Origin: Kiritimatiellia bacterium
GTDB lineage: Bacteria > Verrucomicrobiota > Kiritimatiellia > RFP12 > UBA1067
DNA: 57,402 nucleotides
Assembly (NCBI GenBank): GCA_045535455.1
Contig: JAZSLQ010000114.1
Coordinates: forward strand, 1-57,402
Direction of reading: 5' to 3'
The translations under genes and the position numbers were made by a program. Shown here in pieces: positions 28,415-37,301 of this stretch; the first letter of the stretch is position 1; the number at the start of each line of letters is the position of its first letter. Below the pieces are notes generated by a model that had not been told where the DNA came from, searched no databases, and saw only the letters and a list, made by a program, of their open reading frames with translations.

Positions 28415-29565
28415 TGTCGAGTTTGATGCTCTATTGAAATGAGAAACAGTGAAGCCTTTTCATGAAGAGCTGGAACGGCGTTGTGATTTGATGCTCTATT
28501 GAAATGAGAAACAGTATCGTCGTCAGACCCAAACTTAAGAGTATAGTTGTGATTTGATGCTCTATTGAAATGAGAAACAGTAAGCGCGTTCGCCGTGACT
28601 ACGGGAGTCGCGTTGTGATTTGATGCTCTATTGAAATGAGAAACAGTGGTCTTGATGTCGGCAAGAATTGGATTGGCGTTGTGATTTGATGCTCTATTGA
28701 AATGAGAAACAGTCGCGAAGGGATCGAAGTAGTTGCACACAGGTTGTGATTTGATGCTCTATTGAAATGAGAAACAGTGCTATCGCGAGTTGGTTATCCC
28801 TTGCGGCGTTGTGATTTGATGCTCTATTGAAATGAGAAACAGTCTTCGCTCGCATTTTAACGTGGTCAGCCCGTTGTGATTTGATGCTCTATTGAAATGA
28901 GAAACAGTGAGAGGCCTTCAGCTTTTGCGTCTCGAGCTGTTGTGATTTGATGCTCTATTGAAATGAGAAACAGTCATACCCCGTGACCGCTGCGCCGTTC
29001 TCGTGTTGTGATTTGATGCTCTATTGAAATGAGAAACAGTTGGCAACAGGATTTTATATAATTCCTCTGGTTGTGATTTGATGCTCTATTGAAATGAGAA
29101 ACAGTGAAAGGCCGTAAGCACCTAAAAGGGCGGGGTTGTGATTTGATGCTCTATTGAAATGAGAAACAGTTTTCTTGCCTTTCTTTTTGGTGGCGTTGAA
29201 GTTGTGATTTGATGCTCTATTGAAATGAGAAACAGTGTTGCTACGGTAGCACATGTGTTCGACAAAGTTGTGATTTGATGCTCTATTGAAATGAGAAACA
29301 GTTAACGCATGATAACATATGCACTCCTTAAAGTTGTGATTTGATGCTCTATTGAAATGAGAAACAGTACGTGCTTTTCTTGACTGTCGGGAAGGATGTT
29401 GTGATTTGATGCTCTATTGAAATGAGAAACAGTTTACATCAACTTAACTCGCGGGATTTCCTAGTTGTGATTTGATGCTCTATTGAAATGAGAAACAGTT
29501 CATTGGTGGTAAAAGTATCCTGCCATGCCGTTGTGATTTGATGCTCTATTGAAATGAGAAACAGT
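28415..29565 (+). CRISPR. Type II-C CRISPR array: 18 repeats (first degenerate), 17 spacers of 29-30 nt
   Basis: 36-nt repeat GTTGTGATTTGATGCTCTATTGAAATGAGAAACAGT; 17 identical copies from 28480 to 29565; orientation from tracr anti-repeat. Confidence 0.98.
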
Positions 29566-29618
29566 ATTGGGCGTATTTCGTCCTTTATTGTCAGTCATTT
29601 CATGTGATTTTGTGCTGC

Positions 29619-29667
29619 AAAAAAATGGCGAGCGGGGCTGTCTTAGCGGTCCCGCTCGTTGGTTTTT
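29619..29667. terminator. Bidirectional terminator between the array/leader and cas2
   Basis: A7-T-GGCGAGCGGGGCTG-loop-CGGTCCCGCTCGTT-GG-T5. Confidence 0.75.
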
Positions 29668-30011
29668 CAGAAAAATTCCAGTTGAAGGGGTGTGGTGGGT
29701 GGTGGTTTTGCCTTCTTGCCAACAATGTGGATAGTGTTTTCAAACTGCTTGTCTGTCACCTTGAGTATCGAAACCGACCCCTCTTCTGGAACCATATGTT
29801 TCACGCGCTCGATATGGACATCGGCAGAGCTATAACTTGCACAGTGCCGGATGTAAACGGAAAATTGGTGCATGCCGAAGCCATCTTTCAAGAGATTCTT
29901 CCGAAACAGAGTGGCGCGCTTTCTTTGTTTTTTTGTCTCGACCGGTAAATCGAACATCACGTAAAGCCACATGATTTTGTAACCGGTTATCGCTTCTTGG
30001 GAGCAGAGCAT
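29667..30011 (-). CDS. cas2: CRISPR-associated endonuclease Cas2
   Basis: MWLYVMFDLPV, FRKNLLKDGF.M.QFSVY.R, VTDKQF. Confidence 0.95.
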   Translation of the reverse strand: MLCSQEAITGYKIMWLYVMFDLPVETKKQRKRATLFRKNLLKDGFGMHQFSVYIRHCASYSSADVHIERVKHMVPEEGSVSILKVTDKQFENTIHIVGKKAKPPPTTPLQLEFF

Positions 30012-30904
30012 CAGTTGAACCTCGGAAGTGCCAGTTCGGCCGCCTCTTTTCTATAATAACGCGCGAGTGACGCAGTGGTGCAGGAAAGCGCAACCATCAG
30101 AGGACGGCGAACATCACCGAGGTTAACATCGCACGTTAGCATTTGCAGAAGCCGCGCACGCATTTCCTTTGTGAGCTCATTCATCGGCACATCGAAGGGC
30201 TTTACTTTGCCGAGGACGTATTGATCGACGAACGGACGATATGGTTCCATCATGTCGTCTGCAAGGGCGAACGCATTGTAGCGGTTATGGTGGTGGATGC
30301 CGCGAAAGCATGCAAGTCCAGATCCGACAAGCGCTCGTGCTGTTGCGGCCCGCAGTATTGCGTAACCGTAGTTGAGCGGGGCATTGGGCCAATCGCCGTC
30401 TCGGTCGCGCACGAAACCTTCTGGGCTCAATTCCTGGAAATAAATTCTGGCTGCCTGGGCTTCGCAGTTTGATGGATCTCCGTTTTTTATCTCGTCCGCT
30501 AATGTAAGAAGTCGTTTGGAATTCTTCGCCCCGAGCCGTTCCATCAGGTTCGCTTGGTTACGTATCTTTTGCCGGACAACCATGCGCCATAAACGTCCGT
30601 TTACGGCGTCCGTCGCCGACAACTGTGCCTCAATTGATTCTGCGGCCGTGGTGTTGGCTGCATATGGCAGAAGCTGCGCCGATGGTGTGTGAGATTGATC
30701 GCAAACGACGACAGCAACATTGTTTGCAGAAAGAAACTGAAGGGCGGCTGTTGTTATTGCAATCTTTTCTGACTCGAGAATTACAAACCCTATATCTTCT
30801 ATTGGCACTGAGCGGCACTCTCCAGCCTCTGCGTTCCAGACGAGCTGCCCATACTTAAGAGACAACTTGCCGATGTTTGAAAAGCATAGCGTTCTCGCAA
30901 TCAT
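30011..30904 (-). CDS. cas1: CRISPR-associated endonuclease Cas1 (type II)
   Basis: PIEDIG, EAQAARIYF, LNYGYAILR, GIHHHNRYNAFALADDMMEPYRP. Confidence 0.96.
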   Translation of the reverse strand: MIARTLCFSNIGKLSLKYGQLVWNAEAGECRSVPIEDIGFVILESEKIAITTAALQFLSANNVAVVVCDQSHTPSAQLLPYAANTTAAESIEAQLSATDAVNGRLWRMVVRQKIRNQANLMERLGAKNSKRLLTLADEIKNGDPSNCEAQAARIYFQELSPEGFVRDRDGDWPNAPLNYGYAILRAATARALVGSGLACFRGIHHHNRYNAFALADDMMEPYRPFVDQYVLGKVKPFDVPMNELTKEMRARLLQMLTCDVNLGDVRRPLMVALSCTTASLARYYRKEAAELALPRFN

Positions 30905-33900
30905 TTTAAAAAGACGATTGTTCCATCGAGCATCATCTTGAAGTGGATTCCCTCGAAAAGCATGCTTTTAAGAAGCACGCTTTGGCTTAGATATAGTAGT
31001 TCGTGCGGCTTTTCGAAGTCTATTGATGATTCTCCGTTTTTGTGCTTCCCAGCATCTGTTAGGTCTTTTGCAAGCACTACACTTGCTCGAGCCTCGAGAT
31101 GGCGGCGGAAAGTAATGCGCCCAGTGCTTTCAAACTTTACGACTTTGTAAAGGCGCTTTGAGAGCTCGGTCGAGTCGAGGTGCTTAACCTTGTCGATGTC
31201 GGCGTTCTCGGCGGCAATCGCCATCGCACCTGGGAAGATGTATCCGATAAACCCTTTTTGTTTATCCAGGGGCACATAGTCTGGCAGCTTGTGGTTTTGC
31301 GCCCAATCAAGCACGTTGTCGGGCTTGACGGACAGCTTGCCGTCAATCTCGAAAACACCGAGGCGGAAGTTTGATCCCTCCGACGCTGTCACGTAGTATG
31401 GTGTCTTGTACTCTTTGTTCGACGGCGAGGCATGGTTCTTGAGCTGCATTGGGCTTGTCGTGTGGGCAAAAATCCTGACCTTGTTGATAGGAACGCCCGA
31501 CGGCATTTTGATCATGCCGGGCTCAAGCGTCTTGACCCCTTTGGCTTTTAGGTCTTTAAGCGCAGATTCGACAATTGATTTAATGGCAGGGTCGACAATC
31601 TTGTCTGAAAGCGCCTCGATTGCCGCGATCGGGCCTACAAGTGGCTTGCGGACTACAAACGCCTTTTCCCCACTCTCCGGTTTTGCTATGCAGCCGTAGA
31701 AGGTGTCTTTGTGAAGAGCGCCACGTACGGTGTCTCCCTGGCTCTTCACGAACTTCACCGTCTTGGATGGATTGGACTTCAGTGGATGTGCCTTTGCAAG
31801 CGCGTTTTGCTTTGAGCTCTGCCGCATGGTCGTCTGCCGCAGGACGTGCTTGACCAATATCTCTTCCGTCGCTTTCCTGACTTTCTCGGCAAAGCCGTCG
31901 TAAGGCGGCTTGCAAACATCGCAAGGACGCATGCCCGCTGATCTGCCGTCGTCTTTGAGTGCGGTGCATATGGCATTGAAGCGCGACGGCGTGAGCGCGG
32001 CGATCACCATCGCGTCTTTAGCGTGGTGCGTGTGCTCCGATCGGTCTTTGGCTTCGTCGCCCTGGATGCCCCATGCTTTTCTTGCAAAGGCCGTTGCCGC
32101 ACCATTTACCGAATAGACGCTTGGATAGACGCTGCGAAGGAGTTCCACTGCGTGAGAGCTCATGATGCCGGTGTCTACAAGCTGGCGACGTTTGAAGCCA
32201 GAAAGACCGTTTGTCGGATCGGCGAGCTTTTCTGATGTTGTCTCAAACCTCTTTAGCTTGTCCTTCCAGTATGTAAGCTCAAGTCGTGTCCGTATTACCT
32301 TGATGCGGGCGTTTGCGCGCTGCTGCGGATCCGTGGCTGATCTTGCCGCGTTGTTTCTCGAACGGTAGGTCTTTTCGAGTTCTTCGACCTTTTCACGCCA
32401 AGGCGCAAGCCGTGTGAATATTTCGGACTCGTAGTTTGGGCAGTCCGTGGGCACCATGCCTTTCTTTACTTCGCGGTTATATTTTGCGTCGCAGAGGGTT
32501 TTGTTGGCGAGAGAGTCGTCGCCAGACATCGAGCGTGGTATCGTGTGTTCGATGTCGAATGAATTGCCTGAGAGCAGTTCGGCCAGCGAAATCGACTTTC
32601 CTGTGTAGAGGCACATGCGCCCTTGCTCCTCCCAAAGTATGTAGCGGTCGACAAGATCTTCGGTGGCTTTGGCGCCAAGTTCCGCGCGCGCCTTGTCTCG
32701 CAGTGCCGCCCGGTCTTTTTGCCACAGCTGGATCGCGTGGCGCGTTGCATAGTCGTTCACGCCGCGCGCAAGCTCGATCCTGATTGTTGTGTCGCCATCT
32801 ATCTTTCCATGGTCTCGGAGATAGTTGACGAGACGGCGCAACGCCGTCATTGAGCGCTGGACGAGCGGATTGCGTATCATGCCGAGGGCGACGGCGGGTA
32901 TGCGGTCGGGATGTTTTGGGTCCACTTCGTATTGTGAATCGCCACGTAGATAGAGCTTGCTCCATGCGCTGTCGTCTACATTCCATTCCGTTAGGAAGTA
33001 TTCGCGTAAAAGGTCCATCAGTCTTGGAGGATTTCCATCTCGGCGGATTGTCTCGTTTCGCATCGCTTCTCTTGCAGCACGGCACTTGGACTCCATCTCT
33101 CTTATGTGCAGGACGATTTCGTCTTCGTGCTCCGCAAATTGCGGTATCACATCTGGCATCTTTGCCAACAGCCGTGCCGTGAAGAGGTCGTGGCCTTTGC
33201 GAAGAAAGGGCAATATTTTGTTTATTGCCTTTAGCGAATACTGTGCATTGCCTTCCTTTGGGTGGATTTTGACAAGTCGCCCCGCTTGTTCGTCCGTCAA
33301 TGCGGGATAGTGGCGCCTGAACCATTCTGAGAGCTTTTCGTCGTCGTCGAAGAACGTCAGCGCATCGAAGACCTTTTGCTCGTCATAGGGGATGTCGCCG
33401 AACCCGCTTTTGATTTTGCACCGCGTGGAACAGGCGGCCACGGTGTCGTCGCTTGCATAGTGGTGGAACTTCAAGGGCTCGCTTTTGAACTTTTTCTTGA
33501 AAAGCTTTGATATAGCGCCGAACTTGATCGTCGAGGATTCCTTCATGAACGCAGAACATGCAAGTTCGCGGTCTTCTGTTGTTAGCGGGACGCGCTCATC
33601 TGTGACGGTGTTGCGGAATGATAGGTTGTTTACGAACGCTCGCATGCGAAATTCCTCGAACGCGGGATGCCCAATCTGCGCTCTGGGGTTTCCGTGCTCC
33701 AGCGGGCATGGCCCGACCAGATGCTTCTGGGAGCGTAACGGACGCTGAAGGAATATCGCCTTGTAGAGATCTTTGTAAAGGGGGCTGTCATGTGCGATTC
33801 CTTGCGCTTCCATGATGACGGCAAACTCCGCCATGTAGTGCTCGATGCGACCGGTGTAGCGTTTGCGTATGCGCGTCTTACAGATGTTGTCGCGTTCCGA

Positions 33901-34485
33901 CTCTATGCGCTTTGCAAAATACTGTCCGAGTGTGCGGCATCCGGCGTCGGCGATTTCATTCGTTAGTGCGATGATGTCGCCCTTGACGGCGCCGAGGTCT
34001 TTGTCTTCTGTGCCGTCGGCCTGGGCGTCTTTGCGAGAACTCTTGAATCCACGACGTTGGGCGATGTGGTAAAGCGCACGTCCGAGGACGAGCGGCGAGA
34101 CCTTTCCGGACGCGGCGGCTGCGCGGTCGGCGTAGGGATTGGAAACATCAGTTGATTTAAGCCAATTTACGAACGCCTTGTTCTCGACTGGATATACGCC
34201 GGATTTCTTCCACGACTCGAGTTCTTGTTCGGAGATGGGGCACATTCCATTTCTGCTCAATATCTCGAGCAGTTTCCATTTACGGAGTTTGCGACGAAAC
34301 TTCATGCGACGCGCCATGCGTGCTGCGCGTCGGACGGCGGCTGGTGTCTCTAGCGTGTCGTTGGCGGCGTCGATGCCTTCTGGAAATACGACGACACCTT
34401 TATTGAGGATGTCGCCCGTTATGTCATCAAGTACGGCCCAACCCAGTGAATTGGTGCCGAGGTCAAGTCCAAGAGTTGTTTTCAT
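30901..34485 (-). CDS. cas9: Type II-C Cas9, 1194 aa, catalytic motifs intact
   Basis: RuvC-I LGLDLGTNSLGW, Arg-rich bridge helix, RuvC-II IELAR, HNH DIEHTIPRS..DDSLANKT, RuvC-III HHAKDA; no csn2 or cas4. Confidence 0.97.
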   Translation of the reverse strand: MKTTLGLDLGTNSLGWAVLDDITGDILNKGVVVFPEGIDAANDTLETPAAVRRAARMARRMKFRRKLRKWKLLEILSRNGMCPISEQELESWKKSGVYPVENKAFVNWLKSTDVSNPYADRAAAASGKVSPLVLGRALYHIAQRRGFKSSRKDAQADGTEDKDLGAVKGDIIALTNEIADAGCRTLGQYFAKRIESERDNICKTRIRKRYTGRIEHYMAEFAVIMEAQGIAHDSPLYKDLYKAIFLQRPLRSQKHLVGPCPLEHGNPRAQIGHPAFEEFRMRAFVNNLSFRNTVTDERVPLTTEDRELACSAFMKESSTIKFGAISKLFKKKFKSEPLKFHHYASDDTVAACSTRCKIKSGFGDIPYDEQKVFDALTFFDDDEKLSEWFRRHYPALTDEQAGRLVKIHPKEGNAQYSLKAINKILPFLRKGHDLFTARLLAKMPDVIPQFAEHEDEIVLHIREMESKCRAAREAMRNETIRRDGNPPRLMDLLREYFLTEWNVDDSAWSKLYLRGDSQYEVDPKHPDRIPAVALGMIRNPLVQRSMTALRRLVNYLRDHGKIDGDTTIRIELARGVNDYATRHAIQLWQKDRAALRDKARAELGAKATEDLVDRYILWEEQGRMCLYTGKSISLAELLSGNSFDIEHTIPRSMSGDDSLANKTLCDAKYNREVKKGMVPTDCPNYESEIFTRLAPWREKVEELEKTYRSRNNAARSATDPQQRANARIKVIRTRLELTYWKDKLKRFETTSEKLADPTNGLSGFKRRQLVDTGIMSSHAVELLRSVYPSVYSVNGAATAFARKAWGIQGDEAKDRSEHTHHAKDAMVIAALTPSRFNAICTALKDDGRSAGMRPCDVCKPPYDGFAEKVRKATEEILVKHVLRQTTMRQSSKQNALAKAHPLKSNPSKTVKFVKSQGDTVRGALHKDTFYGCIAKPESGEKAFVVRKPLVGPIAAIEALSDKIVDPAIKSIVESALKDLKAKGVKTLEPGMIKMPSGVPINKVRIFAHTTSPMQLKNHASPSNKEYKTPYYVTASEGSNFRLGVFEIDGKLSVKPDNVLDWAQNHKLPDYVPLDKQKGFIGYIFPGAMAIAAENADIDKVKHLDSTELSKRLYKVVKFESTGRITFRRHLEARASVVLAKDLTDAGKHKNGESSIDFEKPHELLYLSQSVLLKSMLFEGIHFKMMLDGTIVFLK

Positions 34486-34498
34486 TTGTCGAACCCCA

Positions 34499-34527
34499 TT
34501 GACGAGTTTACGGAAATATTATATCAT
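34499..34527 (+). promoter_or_regulatory. tracrRNA promoter overlapping the divergent cas9 promoter
   Basis: TTGACG-N17-TATCAT on plus; TGATATAAT on minus at 34518-34526. Confidence 0.7.
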
Positions 34528-34533
34528 ACTCCT

Positions 34534-34603
34534 GCATCTTATCACAACAAGGCTATATGCCGAAGTCGTTTTGAGACTGCAGCCCGGTTCGCCGGGCATT
34601 TTT
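34534..34603 (+). ncRNA. tracrRNA (about 70 nt)
   Basis: Anti-repeat GCATCTTATCACAAC (13/15 complementary to repeat 5' end), nexus AAGGCTATATGCC, stem AGTC..GACT, terminator GCCCGG-TTCG-CCGGGC-ATTTTT. Confidence 0.88.
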
Positions 34604-34621
34604 ATTTGCGATGAAACAGTC

Positions 34622-34661
34622 GGGGACAGCCCCCCCCCTTGAATGGTCGGGGACAGACCCC
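34622..34661 (+). repeat. Two REP-like GGGGACAG(C/A)CCCC units
   Basis: Copies at 34622 and 34649; same family at 36422, 47395, 47417, 47996 and 48206. Confidence 0.8.
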
Positions 34662-34668
34662 CGCGGCA

Positions 34669-34693
34669 CCGTTGTAAAAGGCCTATTTGCGCG
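34669..34693 (+). other. Recurrent site A (CCGTTGTAAA-N7-TTTGCGCG)
   Basis: Repeated at 36441 and 52755, degenerate at 53301. Confidence 0.7.
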
Positions 34694-34757
34694 TTGGTGT
34701 CATCGCGGCGGATTTGCCGCGCTCTGCCGTCAGGGGATTTGTGGTATAATGTAGTGC

Positions 34758-36449
34758 ATGATGAAACTGCGCGAGAGATTGTTGAAGAGTGCGATCTGTC
34801 TTGTTGCCGCTGTGGTGGCGATGCCGACTATGGCTGATGACACCGCGTTTGCGTTGGATCAGGAGCGCCTTTCATTAAATCTGGTGCTTCCTGACGCGGC
34901 GGGAGCGTTTCCAACCAATGCAAACCCATATTGGGAGAAAGTCTCGCGCGCCGAGTTTACGAATGTTCTGGAGCGCATCTCAAAAATGACGCGGCTCAAG
35001 GATCTCTCGCTCGGGGTTCATGCAGAAAGCAAAGTCCCGCTCGATTTGGCCTTCCTTTCGTCTCAGACAAACATGACGGAACTCCGTCTCGGCGGCAATT
35101 TGCATATTGGCTCTTTCCGCAAGATTGCGCACCTGCCGCTGGAGCGGTTGGATGGCTGCTACTACTCTGATTCGAGCGTCTCGCTCACCGACGAGGACAG
35201 TCTCGGCTTGCTGAAATCGCTAAAATTCTTAAGGACGTGGAAAGACTTTCGGGCAATAGAAAAACTTCCGTCCGGTCTTGTTTCGCTCGATATGTCGCAT
35301 TCCCCAGAAGGTGGTTACTGTGGATGTTTTACGAATCTCGTCAATCTTGAAGAACTGGAGATGGACACCATATTTCGAAAGGATCAATACATCGACGAAG
35401 ATGACATTCGTGCCATGAAGAAGCTGAAGCGCCTTGTCCTTAACGGCGGGTACGAATTGGGTGATCTTGGCGCGCTCCGCGAGTGCAAGTCGCTCGAGAA
35501 CCTTGAAATTGCCTTTTGCGAGTCTCGTCCGCTTGACCTGTCTGTTCTCAATGGACTTCCGCTCAAGGAGCTGAAGCTCAATTCGTGCCTTGTGCATGAG
35601 GTAAAGGGGCTTGAGAAGTGCCCGTTGAAGAAGATAAGCATCGACTTTTGTCCGATTGCGTCGTTTGACGACTTCGGCGTTTTCCCGGATGCCCGCATTG
35701 TCGAGCTTCGCCGCACGGGCATAAGGTCTGCGGATCGCAATGCCGTGCTTAGGCATTTCCCGAGCATTTGGTCGTTGCTCTATGGAGATTTAATTGAGGG
35801 CTTTTGCGATGGAGACAGGTGCAATGAAGTTGTCTGCTTTGGTCCGACAGACATCGTCTTTGCTGCAGGTGGCGACAAGTCGAAGGGGTTGTCCTTCATG
35901 GGGTTTGACATGGATAGTTCGATTGTCTATGACGACGAAGTGTTTTCGATCAGCGAAGTCATCGGCATGTCGAATTGCGTATCGGACAAAAGATATGAAA
36001 GCGTCATTGGACTTGGGCGGCCGTTCCATGGATTTACGACCGTCAAGCTCGTTGGCCGTGAGGTTGAGATTGTCGGTGACGAGGCGTACGACGGGCAGGT
36101 TGACAGTCTGGAGTTCGAACAGGAGGACGAGGGGGCTGTGTTTGACTTTTCGTCAGAGAAGAAATGGGCGATGGAGCTTGCGGCTGAAATGGAAAGAGTC
36201 TATGGAGCAACATTCTGCTGGTATGACAATGATGAGCCCGCGACGTTTCTGGTTGTGAAGGGAAAATCTGACGCGTTCGATTTCGTTATTTCGAGTTGCG
36301 CGGGGAGTTCTGAAACGCATTGCGGCACCGGTGACGAGGTAAGTATAACGCGGCGAGAGTACAGAAATCGCCAGTTTTATGTGTCGCGGCGCGGTTCTGC
36401 GGAAAGTGCGCCGGAACAGCCGGGGACAGCCCCCACGGAACCGTTGTAA
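34758..36449 (+). CDS. Secreted leucine-rich-repeat protein
   Basis: Signal peptide; repeated LxxLxL units (LKSLKFL, LVNLEELEM, LKRLVL, LPLKELKL); TGGTATAAT 7 nt upstream. Confidence 0.8.
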   Translation: MMKLRERLLKSAICLVAAVVAMPTMADDTAFALDQERLSLNLVLPDAAGAFPTNANPYWEKVSRAEFTNVLERISKMTRLKDLSLGVHAESKVPLDLAFLSSQTNMTELRLGGNLHIGSFRKIAHLPLERLDGCYYSDSSVSLTDEDSLGLLKSLKFLRTWKDFRAIEKLPSGLVSLDMSHSPEGGYCGCFTNLVNLEELEMDTIFRKDQYIDEDDIRAMKKLKRLVLNGGYELGDLGALRECKSLENLEIAFCESRPLDLSVLNGLPLKELKLNSCLVHEVKGLEKCPLKKISIDFCPIASFDDFGVFPDARIVELRRTGIRSADRNAVLRHFPSIWSLLYGDLIEGFCDGDRCNEVVCFGPTDIVFAAGGDKSKGLSFMGFDMDSSIVYDDEVFSISEVIGMSNCVSDKRYESVIGLGRPFHGFTTVKLVGREVEIVGDEAYDGQVDSLEFEQEDEGAVFDFSSEKKWAMELAAEMERVYGATFCWYDNDEPATFLVVKGKSDAFDFVISSCAGSSETHCGTGDEVSITRREYRNRQFYVSRRGSAESAPEQPGTAPTEPL

Positions 36450-36465
36450 ATGCCATGTTTGCGCG
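36441..36465 (+). other. Recurrent site B, containing the LRR gene stop codon
   Basis: CCGTTGTAAA-TGCCATG-TTTGCGCG, preceded by a GGGGACAGCCCCC unit. Confidence 0.7.
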
Positions 36466-36511
36466 GTGCCGACGGCTTGCGCATTGGATTTATGATTTCG
36501 TATTTTCCCCA

Positions 36512-36540
36512 TTGACATATTACGCAGCGCGTAATATACT
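36512..36540 (+). promoter_or_regulatory. higBA promoter with palindromic operator
   Basis: TTGACA-N17-TATACT; perfect inverted repeat ATATTACGC-AGC-GCGTAATAT (36517-36537) across the spacer. Confidence 0.85.
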
Positions 36541-36546
36541 ATACGC

Positions 36547-36825
36547 ATGATTTCATCGTTCAAGTGCAAGGACACGCAGGAGCTATACGGGACTGGCGAC
36601 AACCGACGGTTTGCTCCCATCGCCAGAGTTGCATTGCGTAAGCTTGACATGCTTGCTGCAGCAACGATGGTTGATACGCTTCGTGTTCCTCCTGGGAATC
36701 GCCTGGAGCAGCTGCGTGGTAATAGAAAAGGGCAGTGGAGCATTCGTGTCAACGATCAATGGCGCATTTGCTTCCGCTGGATCGGAACGAACGCCTGCGA
36801 TGTCGAAATCGTGGACTATCATTGA
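36547..36825 (+). CDS. higB: HigB toxin (RelE/plasmid-killer family)
   Basis: MISSFK, LRVPPGNRLEQL.G.RKGQWSIRVNDQWRICFRW, EIVDYH. Confidence 0.93.
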   Translation: MISSFKCKDTQELYGTGDNRRFAPIARVALRKLDMLAAATMVDTLRVPPGNRLEQLRGNRKGQWSIRVNDQWRICFRWIGTNACDVEIVDYH

Positions 36826-36835
36826 GGAGAAAGTT

Positions 36836-37150
36836 ATGCGCACAAAAAATCTGATTCACCCAGGCGAGATACTTCAAGAGGAGTTTCTTGTGCCGCTGGG
36901 CATTAGCCAGACGCGTCTAGCGCTGGATTTGCATGTGCCGGCACCTCGCATCAACGCGATTGTGCGCGGCAAGCGGGCGATAACCGCCGACACCGCGCTT
37001 CGCCTCGGCCAGTATTTCAAGATGGAGCCGCAGTTCTGGCTCAATCTTCAGGCCAATTACGACCTCGGGGTTGCTTCCGGCGGTGTGTGGTCGAGAATCA
37101 AGAAGCTAATTCCCGAGTTCATGCCGGAAAACGCCGCCGCCGTTCTATAG
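36836..37150 (+). CDS. higA: HigA antitoxin (HTH)
   Basis: IHPGEILQEEFL, ITADTALRL, FWLNLQ..YDL; GAGGAG SD. Confidence 0.93.
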   Translation: MRTKNLIHPGEILQEEFLVPLGISQTRLALDLHVPAPRINAIVRGKRAITADTALRLGQYFKMEPQFWLNLQANYDLGVASGGVWSRIKKLIPEFMPENAAAVL

Positions 37151-37301
37151 GAATGAGGTAACTATGCGACGAAGAAAAACGCTGGAAGGCAAGCACACGC
37201 GCACAAAGCCACTAACTTCAACCAAAGAATCATCTGCCTGCACTTGGCGACACAGTCAAAACACAACACAGGCCACGGCGTTTTTTGGTAAAATATGACA
37301 C

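Noticed and set aside
28648-28677. Spacer 4 reads GLDVGKNWIG, resembling a RuvC/IS110 motif
   Set aside because: The opposite strand reads equally well (ANPILADIKT), and it does not match the cas9 gene at nucleotide level.
28909-28938. Spacer 8 shares 12 nt with wzc (19558-19569)
   Set aside because: Mismatch at the PAM-proximal base and no extension; compatible with chance.
28360-29254. Minus-strand ORFs with repeated TVSHFNRASNHN
   Set aside because: Translation of CRISPR repeats with 30-nt spacers (66-nt period).
34603-34620. TATTTGCGATGAAACAGT resembles the repeat 3' end (possible scaRNA)
   Set aside because: Only 8 contiguous matches, and the same flank recurs as GGAACAGC at 36413, so it belongs to the REP composite.
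37164-37298. 44-aa ORF with GAGG SD after higA
   Set aside because: No recognisable motif; it runs through the downstream promoter and is probably a remnant.
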